Source: a virus. From it: a DNA stretch of 39,764 bases. The position numbers were made by a program, and so were the translations under genes. The DNA lies in IMG/VR virus record IMGVR_UViG_3300033564_000224; one strand, 5' to 3'. Position 1 is the first letter of the stretch, and each line of letters opens with the position of its first letter. The notes under the pieces were generated by a model. It saw only the letters and a program-made list of their open reading frames with translations. It did not search any database and was not told where the DNA came from. This document shows, piece after piece, positions 8,323-16,556 of the stretch.

Positions 8323-8333
8323 CGAAATCTCCA

Positions 8334-8366
8334 AAGGATGAGGGATAACTTTCATCCCTCATCCTT
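8334..8366 (-). promoter_or_regulatory. perfect 13-bp stem-loop directly after the capsid gene
   Basis: Minus strand: AAGGATGAGGGAT GAAAGTT ATCCCTCATCCTT. There is no U-tract. It abuts the SD of the next gene. Confidence 0.6.
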
Positions 8367-8380
8367 CATCATTCATCCTT
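8354..8380 (-). repeat. GGATGAA-type heptamer repeat after the capsid stop codon
   Basis: Minus strand: AAGGATGAATGATGAAGGATGAGGGAT. Confidence 0.7.
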
Positions 8381-8384
8381 GCTT

Positions 8385-10961
8385 TTAGGCTTGGATCTTC
8401 ACGTAAGCGCCCTTGCCGCCAATCGGGGCGAGAGAGCCGTTGTATTCTTCAGAGTAGTACTGTTCACCGGCAATGATCTTGCCGTTGCTGTAAATCGGGT
8501 AAGGACCCTTGACGGTCATCGGCTGGAAGACGCGGTGCATTACCAATTCGCGGTTCATGACCAACGCCCAGCCTTCGCGCATCTGAGTGGATGCGAACAC
8601 CGGCAAACCCTTCACACTGCCTGCAAATCCGGCAGAGTTGAGCACTGCATTGGAAAATCCCTGAACCTTGAAACCATCCCAATTGCTGAGAAGGTCCGCA
8701 TTGGTCACGCTCATCAAAATGCCGGTCGGTTCGTAATAACGGTTGGCAACCAACACTTTAGCGCTGCCAAGTTTTTCGACAAAACTGGCAATCGTATCGG
8801 CTGAAATATCATAGGTGCCGCCGCTGTTGCTTGCCACACCCAATGCAGCCGCCAAACCTTTCTCGATCAAAGCCTTGTCAATGTTGAGGCGTGTCTGACG
8901 GATGATGTTCGCCATGGTGCGAGCTACGGCGTCCCAGCCGAGTTGTGAACGGCTAAAGACAATCGCTTCACTGGAGATGTAATCAGCCAGGCGTAAAGCG
9001 GTCGCTTCAAGTGTCTGATAGCTGAGTGTCACTTTGGCGCGTTCAATTTCGGCATTCTCGCCCTTGGCAATTGCGTTATAGCTGTAATCCACAAGCAGAT
9101 CATTGGCGTCAATTGCGCCAGCGGCTAAAGCCTTGATCTTGCCCAATTCGTAATCGATCACGAAGTCAGTGCCTTCCACGTAGGTGGTGCCTGCGGGGTT
9201 GCTGGTGACAACGACAGTGCCGGGAGTAACATACGCATGAGCCAGCGCGTACCAGGTGCTTTCTGCGCCCGCAGTAACCTCTTCATCGGTGATGGCTACG
9301 GTATAGCCAGTTTCGCCGGTGAACGCCTCAAAATAAATGCGCTCAGATTGTGAGTTCATCATGCCCACATCGAACAGATTGGCAGCCACCAAATTGGGGA
9401 ATGCCTCAGCGATGATCGCGCGGCTGACCGAATACGGCAGGTTCAAATCAGTGGTCAATTCGGCTTCGTTGAACAGGCGGGCTTCGTTGATCAGTTTGCC
9501 TTTGTTCTGTTCGTCAAAACGAGCCAGCAATTGAGCGGTGAAAACACCAGCGCGGCTTTCTGCGCGCAAGTTGAGTTCAGTCTTCGAGCGCATTTCATTC
9601 TTGCGCAGGGATTCGGTGATCTCAAACGAAGCGCGTGCGAATTCGGGCGTGCCGGTCTCACGTTCGAGAACATCACCCAAAACCACGATGCCTTTCTTTT
9701 CATCGAAACCCATACCAACCAAAGCGCCTTTCGCGGCGAGCTTGCCGTATTCAGCGCGTTTGCTCTCGGTGAATTTCTTCACGGCATCAACGTCTTTCAG
9801 TTCAGCCGCTTTGAGCGCATCCACAAACGACTCATTCAAATCCTTGCCGAAAGGCAGGTCTTTGGTCGCTTCGGTAATGGCAACTTCAACAGCCGCCTTG
9901 CGCTGAGATTCCACCAATTGAGCCTTGGCAGTTTCGCCTTCAGCGATCATCTTCTGGGCTTCCTGCAATTGCTTGGCAAGATCAGCCTTTTCGTTTTGTA
10001 CTTTTTCTAAAAGTTCGTCAGACATTTCATCATCTCCATGTGATTGATTGATTGATTCGATTAGCGCGGCTGAATTCTCAAAGGATGGCTCCAGCACCAG
10101 GTCAAATCCTGTAATATGCAGTTCGCTCACTTCAAAAATCTTATCGCCGCTTTCAGTAACATTCTTGCCGTCACCATAACCGCGCAGACTCACGCCTGGC
10201 ATCACGCCGCCTTCCATCAAAGTCAGGATGTCCTTGCCTTTGGATGTTTCCAGCACGCGACCGATCACGTCTACGCGCTGACCGTTGAAAGTGACATCTT
10301 CCCACTTCACAACCGTTTCCAAAAAGCTAGCACGCCCGCCCTTGTCAGACGGATGTTCCGTCTCACCAAGAACCTGCACCGCCATGCCTTGCCCGTTGCT
10401 CTCATGCAGATGACCGCGTAATTCAGCGACCGCCGCAGAGATAACATTTGCAGAATATCGGCGACGATTGCCATTGACAATCCCCGCCGTCATTGCTCCT
10501 TCAATAATGATGCGCTTTTTTCCAGATTCGCTTTCTTCCAAAGCCACACGCGCATTCAATCGCTCTTCAAATTTCTTGCCGCGTTTCTTGCCGCTAACCA
10601 AAGCGCGCTCCCCTAACTGGGAGGATGTCATCATGCTTGCCGAGAGGGGCGCGGCAGGTTGATAACTCAACTCGACCTTTTCCCATAGATCACGTGTCTG
10701 GAAAACATAATCAGGACCTTCCGCGCCTTCTGTTTTCGGCGCATAAGTCACTTTCCAATATTCATCAGTCTTCAACGCCGAAAGCGAACCATATTCAGAA
10801 ACGATCACATGATCGGCAAAGATTTCATTGACGTAATACTCATCCCCGTTTTCATAAGGGAATTGTTTTCTGAAAGCCTCACGGATTTCGCTCATGGTGT
10901 AATCCATCGAACCTTTCACCAACTCTTCCAACGCTGTACCTTTATCAATTTTGTTAGCCAT
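8385..10961 (-). CDS. fused prohead protease-like / coiled-coil scaffold / HK97-fold major capsid polyprotein (858 aa)
   Basis: Residues ~150-300 (IIIEGAMTAGIVNGNRRRYS...VLGETEHPSD...GVSLRGYG) resemble prohead proteases. Residues ~310-420 are E/K/A-rich and coiled-coil-like. The C-terminal ~400 aa look like a major capsid protein. No separate protease, scaffold or capsid gene is present. Confidence 0.65.
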   Translation of the reverse strand: MANKIDKGTALEELVKGSMDYTMSEIREAFRKQFPYENGDEYYVNEIFADHVIVSEYGSLSALKTDEYWKVTYAPKTEGAEGPDYVFQTRDLWEKVELSYQPAAPLSASMMTSSQLGERALVSGKKRGKKFEERLNARVALEESESGKKRIIIEGAMTAGIVNGNRRRYSANVISAAVAELRGHLHESNGQGMAVQVLGETEHPSDKGGRASFLETVVKWEDVTFNGQRVDVIGRVLETSKGKDILTLMEGGVMPGVSLRGYGDGKNVTESGDKIFEVSELHITGFDLVLEPSFENSAALIESINQSHGDDEMSDELLEKVQNEKADLAKQLQEAQKMIAEGETAKAQLVESQRKAAVEVAITEATKDLPFGKDLNESFVDALKAAELKDVDAVKKFTESKRAEYGKLAAKGALVGMGFDEKKGIVVLGDVLERETGTPEFARASFEITESLRKNEMRSKTELNLRAESRAGVFTAQLLARFDEQNKGKLINEARLFNEAELTTDLNLPYSVSRAIIAEAFPNLVAANLFDVGMMNSQSERIYFEAFTGETGYTVAITDEEVTAGAESTWYALAHAYVTPGTVVVTSNPAGTTYVEGTDFVIDYELGKIKALAAGAIDANDLLVDYSYNAIAKGENAEIERAKVTLSYQTLEATALRLADYISSEAIVFSRSQLGWDAVARTMANIIRQTRLNIDKALIEKGLAAALGVASNSGGTYDISADTIASFVEKLGSAKVLVANRYYEPTGILMSVTNADLLSNWDGFKVQGFSNAVLNSAGFAGSVKGLPVFASTQMREGWALVMNRELVMHRVFQPMTVKGPYPIYSNGKIIAGEQYYSEEYNGSLAPIGGKGAYVKIQA

Positions 10962-10997
10962 GTTTTCACCTCATAAACGTTATAAACTTTATAAACA

Positions 10998-12584
10998 TCA
11001 AATACTTGCAATCGCAAACAAACTTTCAGAACTCACCACAATTGCCGGACTGCTCACCGTCTTACCGCTTCCACTCGCGTTATCAGCGATCATCTGATTG
11101 CCGCCGCTGACCGTATCCACTTCATCGTCATGCCGTCCCTTCGGGAAAGCCGAAGCCGTCCGTAGGAAGGAAAGGTTCCACGTACCGCGCACCAATCGCA
11201 CACGTCCCTGCTTTGAGCGCAAACGCCAGGGTTGTGCCCACTGCGTCTTATCGCCATCGTGACTTCCGCGCGTCATACCCATAATCGGAATTCTCGCCAA
11301 TCGTTGGTCCTTCAAAAAGTCCCTCACAACCAACGTCTGGAAAGCATTATCTTCAATGCCCCAGATCGTACCGATCTCACGCTCCGAAAGCATCAACTCC
11401 ACGCACAACGGCAAAAACATATCCAGCTTCTGCTCCACCAGCATGTCACGGATATATTCGTAACCGTCTGCATCCATTGCCACCGCCGCGGTTGCGTTTG
11501 AATCTGCCTGTTGGCTATTACCCAAAGCCAGATCAACATAGCGATACCACTGCAAACCCGCTGGAGCTTTTTCAACGATTTCAAAATCATCCTCGTCAAA
11601 GAAATTGCCCGCTGATAATCTCGGCATTTGCTGAAACTGTGCGCCGAATTCAAAATCATTCATATTCACAGCCAGGGCGTGCAACTGTTCCGAATCATGT
11701 TTCTTTTCCCAAAGCGGTTCCCCCGGAGCGCGCCCCAGTTGATCGCCGTGCATTGGCACATATACACCGCGCAATAAATTTTCTGTAAATTCAGCTTGCG
11801 TCTTTGGGTATTGGTTTTCCTCCAACGCCACCGCAGGCATAAAAACAACATCCCATTGATCCGCCTCACCATCACTCGCCATTGCCTTCAACAGCTCGCC
11901 AGACAGATCCTCAACATCCCAGCGCGTCATAATCACAATGATTGCCGCATGGTCTTCGAGCCGTGTATAAGCCGTGGACTGATACCACTCATAATTATCT
12001 TTGCGGAGCGTGTCACTGCTCGCCTCTTTCCTACCCTTTACAGGGTCATCAATCAGGAACAGATTCGCCCCGAAGCCTGTGATACCGCCGCCCACACCCG
12101 CCGCCAGCATCCCACCGTTTCGGTCTGCAATTTCCCACGCCGCGCTCGCCTTGCTATCCGGGTCCAACAAAACCGGCTCATTCGACGAAGCCAACGCGCC
12201 GAAGACTTGCGAATACTCCTCAGACATAATTAGATCGCGCACCGCCTTGGAATGCTTCGATGCCAGGTCTGCGTTATACGAAGTCATAATGATGCGCAGG
12301 TCAGGATTTTTGCCGAGCAACCATGCTGGGAATTTGCGCGATGCCGTTTGAGATTTCCAATAGCGCGGAGGCATGAAAACCATCAAACGCGAAATCCCTT
12401 CCTTGCCGCCGCTCAAAATATATTTGGCAACCTGCTCGAGCTTGTACGCCAAAACCTGCACGTGTTTTGCATCTGTTGGATGCTTCTTATCCACGTGCCT
12501 GCAAAACGAAAGAAAATCCCGTTCAGCCATAATCCGGCTGCGGATTTCTTCACGAATTGCGGTTTTATTGGAGTCACTCGGCAT
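10998..12584 (-). CDS. terL: terminase large subunit
   Basis: Motifs MPPRYWKSQ (P-loop region), LFLIDDP (Walker B-like), and a C-terminal nuclease-like part. The ATG at 12584 lies inside the TerS 3' end; the tracked start at 12605 is TTG. Confidence 0.85.
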   Translation of the reverse strand: MPSDSNKTAIREEIRSRIMAERDFLSFCRHVDKKHPTDAKHVQVLAYKLEQVAKYILSGGKEGISRLMVFMPPRYWKSQTASRKFPAWLLGKNPDLRIIMTSYNADLASKHSKAVRDLIMSEEYSQVFGALASSNEPVLLDPDSKASAAWEIADRNGGMLAAGVGGGITGFGANLFLIDDPVKGRKEASSDTLRKDNYEWYQSTAYTRLEDHAAIIVIMTRWDVEDLSGELLKAMASDGEADQWDVVFMPAVALEENQYPKTQAEFTENLLRGVYVPMHGDQLGRAPGEPLWEKKHDSEQLHALAVNMNDFEFGAQFQQMPRLSAGNFFDEDDFEIVEKAPAGLQWYRYVDLALGNSQQADSNATAAVAMDADGYEYIRDMLVEQKLDMFLPLCVELMLSEREIGTIWGIEDNAFQTLVVRDFLKDQRLARIPIMGMTRGSHDGDKTQWAQPWRLRSKQGRVRLVRGTWNLSFLRTASAFPKGRHDDEVDTVSGGNQMIADNASGSGKTVSSPAIVVSSESLFAIASI

Positions 12585-13260
12585 CGTCGCTCGTTTCCTC
12601 GTCAAGCACTTTGTCTTCTAATTCCTTTACCAGCTCCAGCGCATCATCACCCAGCAAAACCAATAATTCAGCCGTTGTATGTTTCTTGAGCTTATCCAGC
12701 ATCTTACGACCCACGCCCAATCCGTCATCAGATGTGATCTTTTGTTTCGGCGTGTAATCTCCAGACATCTCAAAAAACAACTTCCGATCAGACGCCGCCC
12801 GATAACTGGGATCAGCCGCAACCGTTCCCAACGCATAAAACGCGCCTGGACGAAACTCCAACATGGATTCGGCTTGTAGCTCAGAGATCATCATGTCGAT
12901 CTCTGGAAACTTCTTGCGCCATGTGGCAATTGCGCGGTCACTGGTCAGCCCCAAAACTTCGGTTGCTAGTTTTTCCTGCGTCTCTGGATACCTATATTTT
13001 TTGGGCATGGTAGCCCACGCCACAAACGCCGCAATCCGCGGACGAACATTGGCATTCAACAAATTCTGGTATCCATCAGCCCACGATGGGATTTCTTCGC
13101 CCTCTACGATCTTGCCCGAAGAGATCAGCAAATTTCGGAAGATGATCTCACGCGCGCGCACATCCGCAACAGAAAACAAGGGAGCTTCTGCCTCTTCCGC
13201 ACCCTGTATGCCTACTGCAAAATTTTCGAGTTCCAACTGCGACACACGTTTGATAGACAT
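12574..13260 (-). CDS. terS: terminase small subunit (HTH-containing)
   Basis: 228 aa directly upstream of and overlapping terL. HTH-like ETQEKLATEVLGLTSDRAIATWRK and an acidic C-terminus. Confidence 0.6.
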   Translation of the reverse strand: MSIKRVSQLELENFAVGIQGAEEAEAPLFSVADVRAREIIFRNLLISSGKIVEGEEIPSWADGYQNLLNANVRPRIAAFVAWATMPKKYRYPETQEKLATEVLGLTSDRAIATWRKKFPEIDMMISELQAESMLEFRPGAFYALGTVAADPSYRAASDRKLFFEMSGDYTPKQKITSDDGLGVGRKMLDKLKKHTTAELLVLLGDDALELVKELEDKVLDEETSDDAE

Positions 13261-13577
13261 TATGTATTCCTATTTCTATTGGGAGTTGGTTTCACCAAAG
13301 TATGAAATTTACTACTCAGGTTATTGACTTCCAAAGAGATATTCTTTACTTCATCCGCCATGCGCGCCATTCCTGCCGCATGGATTTCGTTTTGTTCACG
13401 CATGAATAACCGGTTATTTTCTTCCTGTGTTCCAAGGAACTCGATCATTCTGGTTTGTGCGTTGTCTTGCCGCTCTTCCGATTGGCGTAAATGTTTGAGA
13501 AACATCCACACGACAAACGCAACAACGCCCGCTAATGGGATCTGCAATAAAAGGTTGATTACCGGTTCAGTCAGCAT
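13260..13577 (-). CDS. single-pass membrane protein with coiled-coil tail
   Basis: N-terminal hydrophobic segment INLLLQIPLAGVVAFVVWMFL. TAATG overlap with terS. Confidence 0.5.
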   Translation of the reverse strand: MLTEPVINLLLQIPLAGVVAFVVWMFLKHLRQSEERQDNAQTRMIEFLGTQEENNRLFMREQNEIHAAGMARMADEVKNISLEVNNLSSKFHTLVKPTPNRNRNT

Positions 13578-13585
13578 ATTGATTC

Positions 13586-13645
13586 CAAAAGAAAGGCGGG
13601 CAGCGCGTCCATAGCCAGATTGTCAATGTGACAGCCTGCCCCGCC
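13586..13645 (-). terminator. candidate terminator with a large loop
   Basis: Minus strand: GGCGGGGCAG (13645-13636)...CTGCCCGCC (13603-13595), followed by TTTCTTTTGG. Confidence 0.4.
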
Positions 13646-13658
13646 GAATTCCTACCGG

Positions 13659-14093
13659 TTATTTACCTGCCCAACCGTCAAAAACGCGCTTGAGCAAAAT
13701 GTTATAGATCAATGTGGCAAACGCGACCGCCGGTGAAAGTGCGATCAATAATGCAGTGACCCATCCGAAGACGGCAGACATAAATGTTATAGGGTCGCTA
13801 AATGTGCCAACAGACGGCAGGACAACTCCGCCCCAAACTACTGAGAGGATCAGCGCCACAACATAAAGCAAAACAGCCATCCATTCGCGCTTGATCATAA
13901 TTTGCGGGAAACGCGCAGCAAGCAATTTCAAACCATAGAGCATCGCCGAGGCAAATATACCGATCACATACATCTGCACCGCCGTCACCTCAGACGGATT
14001 CAGGCTTGCCCCATCCGCAGGCGCAATGGCACAGGCTGAGAGCATCACCGCAAAAAGCAATCCGACCAAAAGAATATTGATAGTTTTTTTCAT
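13659..14093 (-). CDS. multi-pass membrane protein with lipoprotein-like signal (possible holin or exclusion protein)
   Basis: MKKTINILLVGLLFAVMLSAC contains a lipobox-like LSAC, plus three or more further hydrophobic helices. SD AAAGGAGA. Confidence 0.55.
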   Translation of the reverse strand: MKKTINILLVGLLFAVMLSACAIAPADGASLNPSEVTAVQMYVIGIFASAMLYGLKLLAARFPQIMIKREWMAVLLYVVALILSVVWGGVVLPSVGTFSDPITFMSAVFGWVTALLIALSPAVAFATLIYNILLKRVFDGWAGK

Positions 14094-14115
14094 AGCAAAA
14101 ATCTCCTTTTCAAAG

Positions 14116-14163
14116 TTGAAAAACGATAGCGCCCGATGCTGACCTAAGTCAACATCGGGCGCT
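14116..14163 (-). terminator. rho-independent terminator downstream of the cassette array
   Basis: Minus strand: AGCGCCCGATGTTGAC TTAG GTCAGCATCGGGCGCT, then ATCGTTTTTC. The single non-Watson-Crick pair is G.U on the minus strand only. Confidence 0.75.
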
Positions 14164-14295
14164 TATCTCCGAAATCACCTGCCACACTGGGCGGGTATTG
14201 CAAAAAGAACAACTGTACTAATTTCAATTATTTTAAAACATTTTCATAATTCTGCAAGAGTCAATTTATTCAAAATATGTTTTTTATTCTGAGCC

Positions 14296-14420
14296 GTCTA
14301 ACGGTTTGCGTTAGTGGTGATGGGTGAGAACCAAACCACCACGAACGGGATAATTTCAAAGTGTGGATGATGCCTGCAAACGGGGAGCATACCCATCATC
14401 CACTGCGCGCTTTGTTCGGC
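14296..14420 (-). repeat. attC-like site 10 (125 bp)
   Basis: Minus strand: R'' GCCGAAC...GTGG(A)TGATGGGT / ACCCATCACCAC stem...TAACGCAAACC, R' GTTAGAC. Confidence 0.75.
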
Positions 14421-14425
14421 GGCGT

Positions 14426-14872
14426 TTATCTTCCGATGCGTATAATTAGCATTAGGAAAATAGAAAATATAACCACGCACCCCACAATTGCGCCTGCGCC
14501 AATGTTTACCCACACCCATGCCGCCACCAATATTCCAACTGCCAGAAATAGCATTCCAGCGATTGAAGCAATAGTACCGCTCTTGTATTCTTCCGCCTCG
14601 CGGCGATGGTCGTAGGCTCTCAAATCTTTCGAGGCTTGTGTGCGCTCTCGGACGCTCTTATGGATTTCGGCATTGTCGCCTCTGCGATTCCGTATCCAAT
14701 TACGCCACGACTCATTATTTTCGCGTGCCGAAGCAATACCCTTGAGGGATCGCTTGATGTAGTTTCTTTGGTCAAACTGCTCCATACTATCCCAATTTGC
14801 GGGCTGTTCAATCGTGTGCATACAGCCGTTATCTTCATCCCACATTGTGACAGTTTCGGTTTTTTTACTCAT
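14426..14872 (-). CDS. cassette 10 ORF: C-terminally membrane-anchored protein (148 aa)
   Basis: ORF track. C-terminal hydrophobic stretch IASIAGMLFLAVGILVAAWVWVNIGAGAIVGCVVIFSIFLMLII. Its stop lies 5 nt before R''. Confidence 0.65.
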   Translation of the reverse strand: MSKKTETVTMWDEDNGCMHTIEQPANWDSMEQFDQRNYIKRSLKGIASARENNESWRNWIRNRRGDNAEIHKSVRERTQASKDLRAYDHRREAEEYKSGTIASIAGMLFLAVGILVAAWVWVNIGAGAIVGCVVIFSIFLMLIIRIGR

Positions 14873-14904
14873 AGTTTTCTCGCTTCTCGGCTGGCAAGGT
14901 AGCC

Positions 14905-15013
14905 GCCGAACGGACTGCGTTAGCCGCGTGTGCGACCAACCATAACCTTATTTTTTGGATGATACTTCTTTACGCCACAGCCTTGCACACGTCGGGTGAA
15001 CGCTTTGTTAGGT
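14905..15013 (-). repeat. attC-like site 9 (109 bp)
   Basis: R'' ACCTAAC...CCG(A)CGTGTGC / GCACACGCGG stem...CTAACGCAGTCC, R' GTTCGGC. Confidence 0.7.
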
Positions 15014-15183
15014 GCGCTCATAATTGTGGATGGTTCTATTTTTCCATCAGACGGGAAATCCACGTAGAGCGTACCATCATCATACGAGAAAACTTTAGCA
15101 CACGGAACGTGCCACAAATAGCCACGCGATTGTATTGTTTCCAGATTCTTATTTTCTTTACCACACGATAGACATTTTTCCAT
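14920..15183 (-). CDS. cassette 9 ORF: small Cys-containing (zinc-ribbon-like) protein whose 3' end reads through attC
   Basis: MEKCLSCGKEN...WHVPCAK. The stop is the conserved TAA of the attC 3' arm. Confidence 0.55.
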   Translation of the reverse strand: MEKCLSCGKENKNLETIQSRGYLWHVPCAKVFSYDDGTLYVDFPSDGKIEPSTIMSAPNKAFTRRVQGCGVKKYHPKNKVMVGRTRG

Positions 15184-15188
15184 GAAGC

Positions 15189-15301
15189 ACCTAATGATTT
15201 TCTTTACCCGCTCACGGCAGGCTCGGCATTTTCAACGAACACGACATCAGGCAGGCAATGAGCCGCCGTCTGGAGGGAGTCGGGTGCAAGCTGTGTTAAC
15301 C
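15189..15301 (-). repeat. attC-like site 8 (113 bp, degenerate R')
   Basis: R'' GGTTAAC ACA GCTT G CACCCG A C...GCGGGTAAAGAAAATC, R' ATTAGGT. Confidence 0.6.
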
Positions 15302-15491
15302 CGCTTTCTTGCTGGCTCACGCACTTTGCCAATAAAGCACCAAGACGGTAAACCTTGAAACTTCGATTTTCAACGCCGATCTTGTGACCAAGTACCAATT
15401 GTTTTGCGCTCATCGTTAGCATAATTTGTATGTTTGCTATATTATCTTTGTCGTCATAGAAAATCACTACGCTATAACTTTCTTTTGGCAT
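15204..15491 (-). CDS. cassette 8 ORF: hypothetical protein (95 aa, start re-assigned)
   Basis: ATG at 15491 after GGAAGGAGAG. The C-terminal ~35 aa are encoded by attC 8. Confidence 0.6.
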   Translation of the reverse strand: MPKESYSVVIFYDDKDNIANIQIMLTMSAKQLVLGHKIGVENRSFKVYRLGALLAKCVSQQESGLTQLAPDSLQTAAHCLPDVVFVENAEPAVSG

Positions 15492-15514
15492 ATTCTCTCC
15501 TTCCAAAAAGTGAG

Positions 15515-15606
15515 GGCTAACGGTTTGCTTTACTGGATTGGGGCGTTATAACCTCGGCAATAAAACGCCACGCCCGCCCCAAGTCCAGTGCAAGCGATTG
15601 TTAGAC
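15515..15606 (-). repeat. attC-like site 7 (92 bp)
   Basis: R'' GTCTAAC...R' GTTAGCC. It is 90/92 identical to site 6. Confidence 0.8.
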
Positions 15607-15951
15607 CCCGCCCCGTTCTGACGGGGCTTTGATTACACCGCCGTACTTTTCTATCAATTTCTGGCAGAACCCTTCGCTGATTTTTCCGCGCCAAATCTCT
15701 TGGGCGGGAACATCAATAACATATTTCTTTTTTCTCTCGACAGTTATCGCTCCGTTGCCTTCTATGCGTTCTCCGCGCAAATAGTAACTTCCATCATCTA
15801 CATTCGCTTCGTTTTCATAATGACCGACGGCTTGCGAGTGCTCGACAACTACGCCATCAGTGTAGATGGTTACTATATGGATTTCTTTCCCGTCGGAGTC
15901 AGGGAAAAAACGAAATGTTTCTCCAAACGTGAACTTCTCAACTTTTGCCAT
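15601..15951 (-). CDS. cassette 7 ORF: hypothetical protein (116 aa), paralog of the cassette 1 ORF
   Basis: 102/116 aa identical to 18613..18963. SD AAAGGAGAG. The stop TAA lies inside R'' (GTCTAAC). Confidence 0.75.
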   Translation of the reverse strand: MAKVEKFTFGETFRFFPDSDGKEIHIVTIYTDGVVVEHSQAVGHYENEANVDDGSYYLRGERIEGNGAITVERKKKYVIDVPAQEIWRGKISEGFCQKLIEKYGGVIKAPSERGGV

Positions 15952-15976
15952 TGCAACTCTCCTTTTACAAGATAAG

Positions 15977-16068
15977 GTCTAACGGTTTGCTTTACTGGCT
16001 TGGGGCGTTATAACCTCGGCAATAAAACGCCACGCCCGCCCCAAGTCCAGTGCAAGCGATTGTTAGAC
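15977..16068 (-). repeat. attC-like site 6 (92 bp)
   Basis: GTCTAAC AATC GCTT G CACTGG A CTTGGGGCG...CGCCCCAAG CCAGTA AAGC AAACC GTTAGAC. Confidence 0.8.
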
Positions 16069-16422
16069 CCCGCCCTGTTGAGCGGGAACGACTGCCAGTA
16101 GTGCGGCTCGACATATTGCAAGCGGTGCGGTTTCTGCGTTTGCTTCAAAACTCTCGAATGCATTGAAGATAACGCATACCCATCCGCGAATAGATGTACG
16201 TAAATCTACGTCATGCAATTCGTCAACAGACCCCATTTTTTCAACCACGTCCCACACACTTGTTATATTTTTTGAGTACGGATAAACACTTTCCCGACTT
16301 CCCAAAACATAAATAAACGGTGCGCCACGCTCCCAAACTATCTCACGCTTAAAAACATGCTCATCAATAAGCGCGTCCATTTTTCGCCCTGCGGGCATAT
16401 TCAAAATTTCATCTTTGGTCAT
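16063..16422 (-). CDS. cassette 6 ORF: hypothetical phage-type small protein (119 aa, start re-assigned)
   Basis: ATG at 16422 after GAAGGAGAAGG. MPAGRKMDALIDEHVF...YSKNITSVWDVVEKM...APLAICRAALLAV loosely recalls small phage accessory proteins. The tracked N-terminal extension is attC 5 sequence. Confidence 0.65.
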   Translation of the reverse strand: MTKDEILNMPAGRKMDALIDEHVFKREIVWERGAPFIYVLGSRESVYPYSKNITSVWDVVEKMGSVDELHDVDLRTSIRGWVCVIFNAFESFEANAETAPLAICRAALLAVVPAQQGGV

Positions 16423-16443
16423 AACCTTCTCCTTCACGAAGGG

Positions 16444-16554
16444 GTCTAACGGTTTGCGTAACCCGCAGGAGCGAGAACGCAAGACCACAAAATTATTTAC
16501 CAGAACGCTTTTTCGGCGTGACGTTGCTCCTGTCGGGTTCACGCTGTGTTAGGC
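16444..16554 (-). repeat. attC-like site 5 (111 bp)
   Basis: R'' GCCTAAC ACA GCGT G AACCCG A CAGGAGC...GCTCCTG CGGGTT ACGC AAACC, R' GTTAGAC. Confidence 0.8.
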
Positions 16555-16556
16555 AA

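Noticed and set aside
2288-13327. Numerous plus-strand ORFs across the structural module (for example 3654-4388, 8379-8804, 9531-10010, 12252-12689)
   Set aside because: All are antisense to long minus-strand genes with recognisable functions. They have low-complexity R/S/P/H-rich translations and no SD sequences.
14164-14295. Promoter or small gene in the AT-rich spacer between the last attC and the terminator
   Set aside because: Several weak -35/-10 combinations exist on both strands, but none has good hexamers with proper spacing, and no ORF or obvious RNA structure is present.
15515-16068. The repeats as self-cleaving ribozymes (twister-like CUAACA...CCCAAGCC)
   Set aside because: The UAAC is base-paired in a terminal helix. 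The twister pseudoknot partners are absent, and the CCCAAGCC string occurs in only two near-identical copies. The conserved parts are the R/L boxes, not a catalytic core.
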